This document shows positions 1-8,419 of a stretch of 33,842 nucleotides of DNA, piece after piece (within the stretch, counting starts at the first letter, position 1; the number at the start of each line of letters is the position of its first letter). Origin of the DNA: Candidatus Aenigmatarchaeota archaeon. Its GTDB lineage: Archaea; Aenigmatarchaeota; Aenigmatarchaeia; GW2011-AR5; JACRAC01. The notes beneath the pieces were generated by a model. It did no database searches. It saw only the letters and a list, made by a program, of their open reading frames with translations, and had not been told where the DNA came from. Both the position numbers and the translations under genes were made by a program. The stretch lies in NCBI GenBank assembly GCA_016213555.1, contig JACRAC010000002.1, positions 1-33,842 of the forward strand. Reading direction: 5' to 3'.

Positions 1-576
1 GAATTTTCTATAATCTTCACCTTCATCTCTTATATGTGCATCAAAATAATCGGTAGGTATTACTATTCCTCCTCTTTCTGATATAGCTTTTACACCAGTT
101 AGATATTTTGGAAATATTAGTGAATTTGCATATTCATTAGCAAATCCAAGAGCTCCAACAGTTTTTGCAAAAGGACCTTTTCTGCATAATTCTGTTCTTG
201 TTTTTGCAAACATTGTAGTTTCTGGTAATGTCCTATGGCTTTCAAGTTCTTCCAAAGATATTCCTAAAGAATTTGCCAATTCTATAAAATATTTGTTATG
301 AGCTCCTTCTAACTCTGAACCCCAATGTTCTATTGATAAAAACTCTGCGATTGGCCTTGCTAATTTCCATGCAGGTATATCTAATTTTTCATCTCCTGCC
401 TATCCATATGCATGGGCTAAAGCATATGGCAATGATGTTGATAATCTATACTGCTCTTTTACAAATCTTCTAAAATTGTCAATGGTCATATAACCAAAAT
501 TATCTAGAAAACTATGTTTTAGAGATTGGTGCTTTCTTACGGTTTCTTCAATTCCTAGTAAATATTTTGATGTCAT
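1..576 (-). pseudogene. Heme-oxygenase-like diiron protein (TenA/PqqC/CADD superfamily) with an in-frame TAG at 400-402; runs off the window edge
   Basis: Manual translation from ATG 576: MTSKYLLGIEETVRKHQSLKHSFLDNFG...FVKEQY...AHAYG*AGDE...IEHWGSELEGAHNKYF...GALGFANEY...YFDAHIRDEGEDY. The E-x(n)-H, E and YF.xH..xD pattern is typical of HO-like diiron proteins. The frame is otherwise open to base 1. Confidence 0.65.
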
Positions 577-606
577 TATTTTAGTTAAAGAGAAGTGTAT
601 AAACCC

Positions 607-1980
607 CTACTTTTTCTTCTTTAGCTTAATATATTCTGAACGTTTTACTAATGCAGCAAGAGCTGCAGCAGCTCTATCTGGAGTTGGATATGTAGGGATA
701 CCAGATTCTTCTAGGATTTTTTTATAAATATCTGTAAATTCTCCTCCTAAAGAGCATAGTACAATAGGTTTTTTGTATTTTTTAGAATCCGATATGATCT
801 TTATCATTGTACTGTCTAAAGTAGAAAGTTGGAATAATACTATTAGTAAAATGGCATCAACATTTTTGTCTTTCATGGCTGTTTCTATAGATAATTTATA
901 TCTTTGGGAATCAGCATCTCCTGTTAGATCCAAAGGATTGTTAATAGATATGTAATTTGGTACAGATTTCTTTATTTTTGATTTAGAAGATTCTGACAGT
1001 TTTGATAGTTGTAATCCTTGGTTTGTTATTGCATCTGTTGCTATTATTCCAAAACCACCTCCGTTTGTTATTATTTGGATCTTCTTTCCCTTAGGTAATG
1101 GTTGTAAATCCAAAGCTTTTGAAAAATCAAATAACTCGTCTATATTTTCTGCCTCTATTATGCCTGATTGTTTGAATAAAGATGAGTAAATTTCAGCTTG
1201 TCCTGCTAAAGATGCTGTATGTGATTGAATTGCATGAGCTGCTTCAGAGGTTTTTCCTGACTTTAGGACTATCAAAGGCTTCTTAATTTTCTTAAGGGTT
1301 TTGATAAAATCTAAACCATTTTTAGCACCTTCTATGTACATTGCAATGGTTTTTGTTTCTTTGTCTTTTTCAAGGTAATTTAGAAGGTCTATTTCGTCTA
1401 TATCTATTCTATTTCCAATAGAGATGAATTTTGACATTTTTATGTGTTCAGAAGCTGCTATGTCCATCATGGCAACTCCAAATGCTCCTGATTGTGATAC
1501 GAAAGAAATACTACCTTTTTTTGGTCTTTCTTGTCTATGTATTTTTGTAAATAATGTATCTAGACCAGAATCTGCGTTGTATATTCCAATACAATTCGGA
1601 CCTAGGATTCTCATCTTTTTAGAGAAATTTCTTATCTTTTCCTCCTCTTTTACGTTGCCTATTTCACTAAATCCAGCAGAAAGAATTATGACAGAAGATA
1701 TTTCTTTTTTTGAACACTGCTGGATTATGTCATAGACATTATTCGCAGGGGTTATTATAATAGCAAGGTCAATATTACCCTTTACATCTAATAATGATTT
1801 GTAACATTTTTTACCTAGAATAAATTCTGCCTTTGGATTTATAGGATAAACATCTCCTTTGAAATCAATAAGCATGTTTTCTAACACTATATGTCCTAAT
1901 TTCTTTGGATCTCTACTGGCTCCTACTATTGCTACTGTAGATGGATTGAAAAAATTATTCATTCTTATAGTATTTTTCAA
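607..1980 (-). CDS. acdA: ADP-forming acetate-CoA ligase, alpha subunit (likely start ATG 1962)
   Basis: AIVGASRDPKKLG CoA-binding start, GPNCIG, SQSGA, SHTASLAG phospho-His, TNGGG and NPLDL motifs. Confidence 0.93.
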   Translation of the reverse strand: MKNTIRMNNFFNPSTVAIVGASRDPKKLGHIVLENMLIDFKGDVYPINPKAEFILGKKCYKSLLDVKGNIDLAIIITPANNVYDIIQQCSKKEISSVIILSAGFSEIGNVKEEEKIRNFSKKMRILGPNCIGIYNADSGLDTLFTKIHRQERPKKGSISFVSQSGAFGVAMMDIAASEHIKMSKFISIGNRIDIDEIDLLNYLEKDKETKTIAMYIEGAKNGLDFIKTLKKIKKPLIVLKSGKTSEAAHAIQSHTASLAGQAEIYSSLFKQSGIIEAENIDELFDFSKALDLQPLPKGKKIQIITNGGGFGIIATDAITNQGLQLSKLSESSKSKIKKSVPNYISINNPLDLTGDADSQRYKLSIETAMKDKNVDAILLIVLFQLSTLDSTMIKIISDSKKYKKPIVLCSLGGEFTDIYKKILEESGIPTYPTPDRAAAALAALVKRSEYIKLKKKK

Positions 1981-2072
1981 TCAGAGATAAAGATTACTGT
2001 TAACGAGAAAACGAATTATAACGTTTTATTGACGAAATTTTGTAAAAATTTTTCTAAATTTGGCAAAAAAAT

Positions 2073-2088
2073 CCCAAAACTATATAAA
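2073..2088 (+). promoter_or_regulatory. Archaeal BRE/TATA promoter for the micro-ORF pair
   Basis: CCCAAAAC followed by TATATAAA (2081-2088), about 35 nt upstream of ATG 2124, with a GGTGA RBS at 2114-2118. Confidence 0.6.
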
Positions 2089-2123
2089 CAGGTCAAATGT
2101 AATATAAAGTATCGGTGATTAAA

Positions 2124-2162
2124 ATGGCAGCTAAAAAGAAAAAAGCAGCTAAGAAAAAATAA
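2124..2162 (+). CDS. 12-aa Lys/Ala micropeptide MAAKKKKAAKKK
   Basis: GGTGA RBS 5 nt before ATG, upstream TATA, downstream hairpin plus T-tract, and a paralogous copy 122 bp downstream. Confidence 0.7.
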   Translation: MAAKKKKAAKKK

Positions 2163-2165
2163 ATT

Positions 2166-2200
2166 AAATAAAAAATAGTTTTCAATTTTTTATTTTTTTT
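2166..2200 (+). terminator. Hairpin plus oligo-T terminator
   Basis: AAATAAAAAAT (2166-2176) pairs with ATTTTTTATTT (2185-2195), followed by a T run. Confidence 0.55.
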
Positions 2201-2245
2201 CACAATTTTGATTCTGATATTTTAATATAAAACGGGTGACTAAAA

Positions 2246-2281
2246 ATGGCAGCAGCTAAGAAAAAAGCTAAGAAGAAATAA
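2246..2281 (+). CDS. 11-aa Lys/Ala micropeptide MAAAKKKAKKK
   Basis: GGGTGA RBS before ATG, leader resembling copy 1 (AATATAAA...GGTGA.TAAAATGGCAGC), T-tract at 2309-2322. Confidence 0.7.
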   Translation: MAAAKKKAKKK

Positions 2282-2367
2282 ATTCTAGCAAACAGTTAAA
2301 AAATCATCTTTTTTCTTTTTTTATATTTAACTAATTCTATTTAATTTCTTAAAACAACATAAATTTT

Positions 2368-2787
2368 ATGATACGAAAAGGTAAGGATTTTTACCATAAT
2401 CAATATGACAAAGCTATGCAAATGTATAGAGATGGTATCTCTATAAAGGATATTGCCAATAGTCTAGGAATATCTTATTCTAGCGTATATTCATGGACAA
2501 AGGGAAAAATACCAGAAGAAGGTAAATTGAATGAATTTATAGCTTTTTTAGAGAAAACTGGACCATCTCCTGTTATTGTTATTAGAGAGATGTTTTCTAG
2601 TCATGATGATCTATATCAAAATTCTTTGAAAAGAGGTTTTAATGTTAAGAGGTATAAAACAAGCTTACAGAAAATTGGGTCTGCAGCTACATGGTATTAT
2701 TTAGAAGGACAGGAGGATGAATTAAAGAAAAGAGTTTTAGATATGGTTAAAAGATATAAGGAATTGAGAGAGAAATTTGTTGCCTAG
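2368..2787 (+). CDS. N-terminal helix-turn-helix protein
   Basis: KAMQMYRDGISIKDIANSLGISYSSVYSW is a clear HTH. Confidence 0.75.
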   Translation: MIRKGKDFYHNQYDKAMQMYRDGISIKDIANSLGISYSSVYSWTKGKIPEEGKLNEFIAFLEKTGPSPVIVIREMFSSHDDLYQNSLKRGFNVKRYKTSLQKIGSAATWYYLEGQEDELKKRVLDMVKRYKELREKFVA

Positions 2788-3414
2788 CTATTTTACAGAT
2801 AATTGTACTATAGACTTCCAGTTAGATTCTACTTGTTTTTGATCAAATTGGTATTTACTTTGTATGCTATGAACAGGTTCTAAAATACCTAGTTTAGCTG
2901 GTCTAGGTCCTAGAATTACTTTTCCGCCTTCTATTTCAAATAAAGGCCATATTCCTGATTCTACTAAGTCTCCTGCTACCTGAACTGTTAAAGAACGATC
3001 ATAATCCCATTCTGAAGGACATGGTGCTAAAACTTCTATAAATCTTAATCCTGTCATTGTATGAGCTTTTGTTATTTTTCTAGATAAATCCTCTATGTTG
3101 TCGAAAGAAGCTGTTGCAGAATATCCTATGTTTCCAAGCATTTTCACGAATTTCACAAAGGGAGTTCTGTTGCAGCATATTACAAGTATTGATGATTTTA
3201 TTAATGAAGGTAAGAAGCGCTCTGCTGTTTTATCGTCTATAACAGCTATAGCATTGCTTTCTAAAGGATTTTCCATGAAAAAACTTTCATTGAATATACT
3301 AACGTGGTCTTTAAGTGAGGTAGAAACTGTTAAAAGATCTTTCTTTATAACATCTCTTAATAATTTCATTGTTAATTGTGAACCGCAACCTACTATCATA
3401 TTTACACCATCCAT
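2788..3414 (-). CDS. porB: Degenerate 2-oxoacid:ferredoxin oxidoreductase beta subunit
   Basis: Retains GCG, G.RFIEVLAPCP.EW and VESGIWPLFEIE.G, but lacks the GDG...N ThDP motif. Last gene of a G-D-A-B order. Confidence 0.75.
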   Translation of the reverse strand: MDGVNMIVGCGSQLTMKLLRDVIKKDLLTVSTSLKDHVSIFNESFFMENPLESNAIAVIDDKTAERFLPSLIKSSILVICCNRTPFVKFVKMLGNIGYSATASFDNIEDLSRKITKAHTMTGLRFIEVLAPCPSEWDYDRSLTVQVAGDLVESGIWPLFEIEGGKVILGPRPAKLGILEPVHSIQSKYQFDQKQVESNWKSIVQLSVK

Positions 3415-4352
3415 ACTCTTTCTAATTTATCAGATGTCTTCAAATGCTGGAATAATTCTATTACATCATCTGTGCTTGCTAAATCTGCTATAAAACTTAT
3501 AGTATTTTTATTCATTTCCTTAATCTCTCTATGAAGCATTCCACTAGATCCTAAAAAGAATTTTGTATCTATTACAGCTATCTTTCTTCCATTTACTATC
3601 TCTTCACAGCTTGTTAGAGGGAAAAGATGCATTCTTATTAATCCGACTTTTTCTCCTAAGCCTCTTAGCTTTTTTACAGCTAATTTAGCGTTTGTACTTA
3701 TAGATCCATAAGACAGGATTATAAAATCAGCTCCTTCTGTCATATATTTTTCAGATGGTATAAATGAACGTTTTGTACGTTTTTTCCAATTATCTGAAAC
3801 AGCTTCTATATATTTTTGAACATTGTCAAGAGATTTTTGCATTAATGCAACAGATTCTAGATTGTCTGGTAAAATTGCCTTTAAAAGTTTTTCAGGCTTT
3901 TCAACTGAATATGTTTCTAGGAAATTTTCAACTACTTTAGAACTTAATGTTTCTAGCTGTTCTCTAGTATTTTTTAATAGATTATCCAAGTGTATTACAA
4001 TTGGAACAAGAATTTTTTTATCTTCAGAGAGTTTGAATGAGCATAGAATATCATCATATAATTCTTGAATAGATTCTGGATAGATGTTTAATGCATAGTT
4101 TACAGGTGTTTTGTTCAAGCTCACTAGTACAGAAGGTATTTTCATTAATGCCAGACGTTTTACAGATACTATGCTTCCTAAAACTAAGCTTCTTTTTGCT
4201 ATTAAGGCGCTTCCTATTACAGCGTCTTCTAATGAGTCTGTAACAATACCAGCATTTATTCTAGAAGATGCTTTGTGGTCTGCTATAAGTTTAGCAGAAG
4301 CTCCTTCTGCTGCTGCTAGTATTGCTTCATAAACATTCATAATTTCTGGCAT
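3402..4352 (-). CDS. porA: Degenerate 2-oxoacid:ferredoxin oxidoreductase alpha subunit
   Basis: ESIQELYD, EKYMTEGADFIILSYGS...AVKKLR.GEKVGLIR and KIAVID match the PFOR domain II core. YPITP is absent. Confidence 0.8.
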   Translation of the reverse strand: MPEIMNVYEAILAAAEGASAKLIADHKASSRINAGIVTDSLEDAVIGSALIAKRSLVLGSIVSVKRLALMKIPSVLVSLNKTPVNYALNIYPESIQELYDDILCSFKLSEDKKILVPIVIHLDNLLKNTREQLETLSSKVVENFLETYSVEKPEKLLKAILPDNLESVALMQKSLDNVQKYIEAVSDNWKKRTKRSFIPSEKYMTEGADFIILSYGSISTNAKLAVKKLRGLGEKVGLIRMHLFPLTSCEEIVNGRKIAVIDTKFFLGSSGMLHREIKEMNKNTISFIADLASTDDVIELFQHLKTSDKLERVWMV

Positions 4353-4356
4353 TTTA

Positions 4357-4611
4357 TCACTTTTCAGACTTTTCTTCTGTTATTGCACTGTGAGTGCATT
4401 CTCTTAAACAAATAAGACATCCGTCACAAAGATCATAGTTTATCTTTGGTTTATTGCTAACAATTTCTATTGCTGCTCTTGGGCATAATGCTATTGATAC
4501 ACATGTAGAATCGCATTTTTTTGCATTTAATACTGGTCTAAACACCTTCCATCTTACATCTTTTTCTTCTTTTATTTCTTGTCTTGCTTTGATTTCAGAT
4601 TCTAGTTTCAT
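4357..4611 (-). CDS. porD: POR delta subunit (ferredoxin-like), one intact 4Fe-4S motif
   Basis: WKVFRPVLN..KC, INYDLCDGCLICLRECT..AI. The first cluster motif (CDSTCVSIALCP) is irregular. Confidence 0.85.
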   Translation of the reverse strand: MKLESEIKARQEIKEEKDVRWKVFRPVLNAKKCDSTCVSIALCPRAAIEIVSNKPKINYDLCDGCLICLRECTHSAITEEKSEK

Positions 4612-4615
4612 ACTA

Positions 4616-5110
4616 TCACTTTACTAATTTTAATCCTTCTTCTGCTGCTAAGCAGTTTTCTTTTTGTTTTTTGTTTAGCTCTTTTTCAATTGCACTTTTG
4701 ACATGCTTTATCTGTAATTTTGTAAAATATTTAGTAACAGCTCCAGCAATAGGCATGTTTGGAATACCTTTTCCAGTGTTTTTCAATGCTATTTCTGTTG
4801 CATCTATTACATGTAAATTTTTAGATTTTGTAGCTGCTTTTGGCTTTTCCAAGGTGTTTAGAATAAATATGTTAGTTTCTTTCAGGTCTTTTATTGAAAA
4901 AAGTGAAGAATCTAGTATTACAACTAGATCAGGGTTTTTTATAGGACCTTTTTCTAAAACATCTTTGTCTATTCTCACGTAAGCCTTTTTCACACTTCCT
5001 TTTTCACAAAAGTCATTGCTATTAAGACCTGCTAACATTCCTGCTCTTGATAAAGTTCTGGCAAGAGTCTCTACTCCCTGCCCATCATATCCAATTATAC
5101 TTATTTGCAT
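4616..5110 (-). CDS. porG: POR gamma subunit (divergent)
   Basis: G.DGQG, AYVRI, PDLVVILD, IDATEIALK..G..IPN...GA and N..AAEEG motifs. Confidence 0.85.
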   Translation of the reverse strand: MQISIIGYDGQGVETLARTLSRAGMLAGLNSNDFCEKGSVKKAYVRIDKDVLEKGPIKNPDLVVILDSSLFSIKDLKETNIFILNTLEKPKAATKSKNLHVIDATEIALKNTGKGIPNMPIAGAVTKYFTKLQIKHVKSAIEKELNKKQKENCLAAEEGLKLVK

Positions 5111-5279
5111 TACATATCATCTATATACTAAAAAATATATGTTGTAGACTTTGTATACTACTCTCTAATAGATATATAATACTTCGAAACGTTAAAAGGC
5201 TTGTTTTGGCTGTTAATTTGAGTGGGAAGAAAGTGCAATTTTAAATATCTTTGACATTAATTCTTTGTAAGGTTGTCTT

Positions 5280-5618
5280 ATGTGGGGGTATGGTTCGTCT
5301 CAAAATAGTAAAAATTCTGATGATTTTCCTCAAGCAGGAGGGCTTGTGTTGCCAGATTTTTCAAAAATTCCTGGAAAAATTGTTTTGATAGCTACACCTA
5401 TAGGTATTGTAGCATCTTATTTTGAAAAAGATGCTACTAACCCTTATACAACAGCTTCTTGTCCCTCTGAGCAAGATATTAAATATACAATTCATCGTGC
5501 TTTAGATGTCGGAGCTGATATTGAATTAAAAGGGGGCGATAGTTTTAGATATTATGTTGAAGTTTACTTAATTCCAGAAGTACAGAAGGAAATAAATATT
5601 CAAAAACCAAAGAAATAG
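5280..5618 (+). CDS. Hypothetical protein
   Basis: 112-aa ORF with gene-like codon usage in an otherwise free interval. Confidence 0.55.
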   Translation: MWGYGSSQNSKNSDDFPQAGGLVLPDFSKIPGKIVLIATPIGIVASYFEKDATNPYTTASCPSEQDIKYTIHRALDVGADIELKGGDSFRYYVEVYLIPEVQKEINIQKPKK

Positions 5619-5619
5619 A

Positions 5620-5919
5620 TTAAACAGATCTCTTTATAGGTTCTGCTTCTTCAGCTGAAGTAGGTGTTACGTGTTTTATAATTACTACATCGCCTATTGC
5701 CTGTACCATTTGAAATGGAACTACTACTCCACGTTTGTCGCCTACTAATCCTGACAAAAATGATCCTTTATCTGTGTCTATTACCATTGATTTTATTCTA
5801 AATTTTTCCATGTCTAAGTCAATATCGCTAACTTTTCCACAAAACATACCTTTTGCTGTGAATACATCTTTCTTTACTAATTCAGAATAGTTTTTTTGAG
5901 TAACTGCCATATATCTCAC
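5620..5919 (-). CDS. PRC-barrel domain protein (CdpB-like)
   Basis: SELVKKDVFT.KG.FCGKVSDI...VVPFQMVQAIGDVVII signature. Confidence 0.85.
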   Translation of the reverse strand: MRYMAVTQKNYSELVKKDVFTAKGMFCGKVSDIDLDMEKFRIKSMVIDTDKGSFLSGLVGDKRGVVVPFQMVQAIGDVVIIKHVTPTSAEEAEPIKRSV

Positions 5920-6002
5920 TATAACTATCTTATCTCTTATAGAATATAAGCTTTGTGTAATTTCGGACGTTGGTTTTATTAGTAAGGATTATATAATTAA
6001 TT

Positions 6003-6629
6003 ATGGATAAAATCAAAAAAATGGTTGATAATGAAGCTTATAGGCTTTTAGAAAAATACAAAATACCTATTGCTAAATATAATTTTGTCAAAAAAAGTAA
6101 GAATTTTGAGAAAGATATTGAAAAACATATAAAAGACTACCCTTGTGTTGTTAAGATAGATGGAGATGTTATTCATAAGAAAAAAGCTGGATGTGTAGAG
6201 ATAGTATACAAGAAAGATGAATTGAAGAAAAAGGTTTCTAGTATTGTAAAAAATTCTAAAAAGTTTAAAGTAAACGGGGCTATTATTCAAGATTTTGTTG
6301 TAGGAAAGGAAGTTATGATAGGTTCAAAGAGGGATCAGCAGTTTGGAACTATATTGATGTTTGGATCAGGAGGCGTTATGGCAGATGTTATCAAAGATGT
6401 GAGTTTTAGGGTATTACCTGTAGATGAAAATGAGCTAGAATTCATGATAAAAGAGACAAAAGCTTATCAGGTGTTTATGGAAGGTGAAAATGTTGACGAA
6501 TTTGTAGATGTTTTGAAAAAAGTGTCAAAATTAATGACTGACAATGTTGAAATAAAAGAGCTTGATATTAACCCATTTTTTCTAAATCAAAAGATTTGTG
6601 CTGGAGATATTAGGATTATACTAAGATGA
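6003..6629 (+). CDS. acdB: ADP-forming acetate-CoA ligase, beta subunit (ATP-grasp)
   Basis: EAYRLLEKYKIP, YPCVVKI...HK, RDQQFGTILMFGSGG, DVSFR and ELDINP motifs. Confidence 0.9.
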   Translation: MDKIKKMVDNEAYRLLEKYKIPIAKYNFVKKSKNFEKDIEKHIKDYPCVVKIDGDVIHKKKAGCVEIVYKKDELKKKVSSIVKNSKKFKVNGAIIQDFVVGKEVMIGSKRDQQFGTILMFGSGGVMADVIKDVSFRVLPVDENELEFMIKETKAYQVFMEGENVDEFVDVLKKVSKLMTDNVEIKELDINPFFLNQKICAGDIRIILR

Positions 6630-6633
6630 TTTT

Positions 6634-6972
6634 ATGAGAAAACATTTTAATACAAATTGGAAATTTCTTATAATTTTAATTATTTTTGTCATAGCTCTTT
6701 TGATTTCTATAAGCTTTGATATAAATTTTCAGGTAAATAGCGATGGCTTATTCAAGGCAAAACTAACATGCTACGATACTGATAATGGACTGAATTTTAC
6801 AAAGACAGGTTCTGTAAGTATTTTTTATGGAAGAGATCCTTCTACATCTCATCTTGATGAATGTAGAGACGACAAATTAATAGAATATTATTGTGATGAT
6901 AGTCTGAAAGATAAATACAGTATTGTTGTAAAAGATTGTAATTGCCTAGATGGAAGATGTGTCATAGATTAA
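6634..6972 (+). CDS. Membrane-anchored Cys-rich extracellular protein
   Basis: N-terminal TM helix plus a C.DTD.G...G.V...D.C...L.EYYC...C.C..G.C domain of the kind seen in DPANN surface proteins. Confidence 0.75.
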   Translation: MRKHFNTNWKFLIILIIFVIALLISISFDINFQVNSDGLFKAKLTCYDTDNGLNFTKTGSVSIFYGRDPSTSHLDECRDDKLIEYYCDDSLKDKYSIVVKDCNCLDGRCVID

Positions 6973-7702
6973 GAGCTTCAAATATTGTATTTACTGTCTG
7001 AAATTCTCCCCAAGTTTTGTCAATTGTTTTATAGCCTCTACAAATTGCAAGAAGGTTACCGTCTTTATCAAAAAGACCTCCTCCGCTAGATCCACCTGCT
7101 GTTAGCAGATCTGCTGTTATTTCAGGAACACATCTTGAAAGATCCAAATCTTCGTAAGGTTCAAAATCTATCTGTGTTCTTCTTGATAAATATGATAATC
7201 CAGATCTTCCTACGGGTAGTCTGTTATCTAACCAAAGATCTATTGCATCAACTGGAAATCCTAAGCTTACTGTAACTTTAGGATCTTTAGGAAGATCTTT
7301 TGACAGTTCTACTGATTGTATAAAATCAAAAGGAAATTCAAATATTGCAACGTCTGCTATAGGTAGCTTTGATTTTGGGTCTTCAGCTATTGGAGTTGAA
7401 TATATCATATGTAAATATCTTAGTGGCATTTCCATATCTTGCCAATAAAATTTATGATTGCTAGGTCTTTTATAAGCTGTTGGCCCTGTTGAATGTGAAG
7501 CTGTTACAAGGTATTTTTTACCTTTAGATCTAACAACAACTCCACCGCCTATATGAAGCTTTTTAATTTCAGTATAAAGATCTCCTGATACAATACCCAT
7601 TGCTTTTCTTGCAACAGCTAATCCAGGTGTTGGCATTTCTGTGAAATACGTATTGTTAATCGAAAGCTCCTCACTTTTTTCATCTCTATGTTTGTATAAC
7701 AT
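6962..7702 (-). CDS. Trypsin-like serine protease
   Basis: Catalytic triad motifs LVTASH, ADVAI and GGSSGGGLFD..G.L. Confidence 0.8.
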   Translation of the reverse strand: MLYKHRDEKSEELSINNTYFTEMPTPGLAVARKAMGIVSGDLYTEIKKLHIGGGVVVRSKGKKYLVTASHSTGPTAYKRPSNHKFYWQDMEMPLRYLHMIYSTPIAEDPKSKLPIADVAIFEFPFDFIQSVELSKDLPKDPKVTVSLGFPVDAIDLWLDNRLPVGRSGLSYLSRRTQIDFEPYEDLDLSRCVPEITADLLTAGGSSGGGLFDKDGNLLAICRGYKTIDKTWGEFQTVNTIFEALNL

Positions 7703-7738
7703 AACTAAGAAAATAACAACTTCTTTCTTTAAATGTTT

Positions 7739-7867
7739 TCATTTATTAACAGCATGCTTTATTATCAATATATTGCACGAAGAATTCTTCGAGCACCATT
7801 CCTCGCATTTTTCCTGCCATTTCTTTTCTTTATAGTCCAATCCGCAGAATTTGCATTTGTATTTCAT
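7739..7867 (-). CDS. 42-aa Cys-rich putative zinc-binding protein (below ORF-track cutoff)
   Basis: MKYKCKFCGLDYKEKKWQEKCEEWCSKNSSCNILIIKHAVNK. Its ATG overlaps the upstream stop (ATGA at 7864-7867). Confidence 0.75.
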   Translation of the reverse strand: MKYKCKFCGLDYKEKKWQEKCEEWCSKNSSCNILIIKHAVNK

Positions 7868-8382
7868 TTTCTCACCTTATTTTTAGCATTTACTTTGCAC
7901 AAAGCTGTCAGATTTCTTGAAAGAATGTATATTGAGAATAGCAGCAAGCTAATGCTAATCAATGAAAAATATATAAGATATTTACCAAAAAATGCTGTTG
8001 TTGAGAGCAGGAATGCTCCTGAAAATCCGAAAAGAACTAATATGCTTGGAAGTATAGGAGCACAGCATGTCATTGCAAGCATTCCTGTAAGCAGGCCTGC
8101 TGCAGTTGTTCCAGCTTCTTTCGCTCTAAATAACGATAGTCTAATAAAATAAGCTTGCATTGATATAACAATTCCAAATAATCCAGACAATACAAATAAT
8201 GTAGCTAGCCGAATGTAATTTACTTCGAAGAATATCCCATCTGGAAAAAATGTTATTGTTTGGCTTGCAAATAGATATACAAACGCCATAACTATTGCAG
8301 AAAATGCAGCTATTGCTATGTATTTTTTATCTTCAAATACAATTTGAAAAGATGTTTTAAATTTCTCAAACATAAAAATCAC
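7864..8382 (-). CDS. Four-TM membrane protein with an intramembrane CC pair
   Basis: Hydrophobic segments and MTCCAPILP, reminiscent of the Cys pair in MerT/MerC-type carriers. Confidence 0.7.
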   Translation of the reverse strand: MIFMFEKFKTSFQIVFEDKKYIAIAAFSAIVMAFVYLFASQTITFFPDGIFFEVNYIRLATLFVLSGLFGIVISMQAYFIRLSLFRAKEAGTTAAGLLTGMLAMTCCAPILPSILVLFGFSGAFLLSTTAFFGKYLIYFSLISISLLLFSIYILSRNLTALCKVNAKNKVRK

Positions 8383-8419
8383 TAGGAATCAATAAAAATA
8401 AAATAAAAAAACAAATCAT

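Noticed and set aside
773-5244. Plus-strand ORFs antisense to acdA and the por genes (773, 1424, 3095, 3823, 4111, 4671, 5047)
   Set aside because: Shadow frames of well-supported minus-strand genes, with no motifs.
7641-8152. Plus-strand ORFs 7641-7835 and 7733-8152
   Set aside because: Antisense to the protease start, the 42-aa Cys protein and the CC membrane protein.
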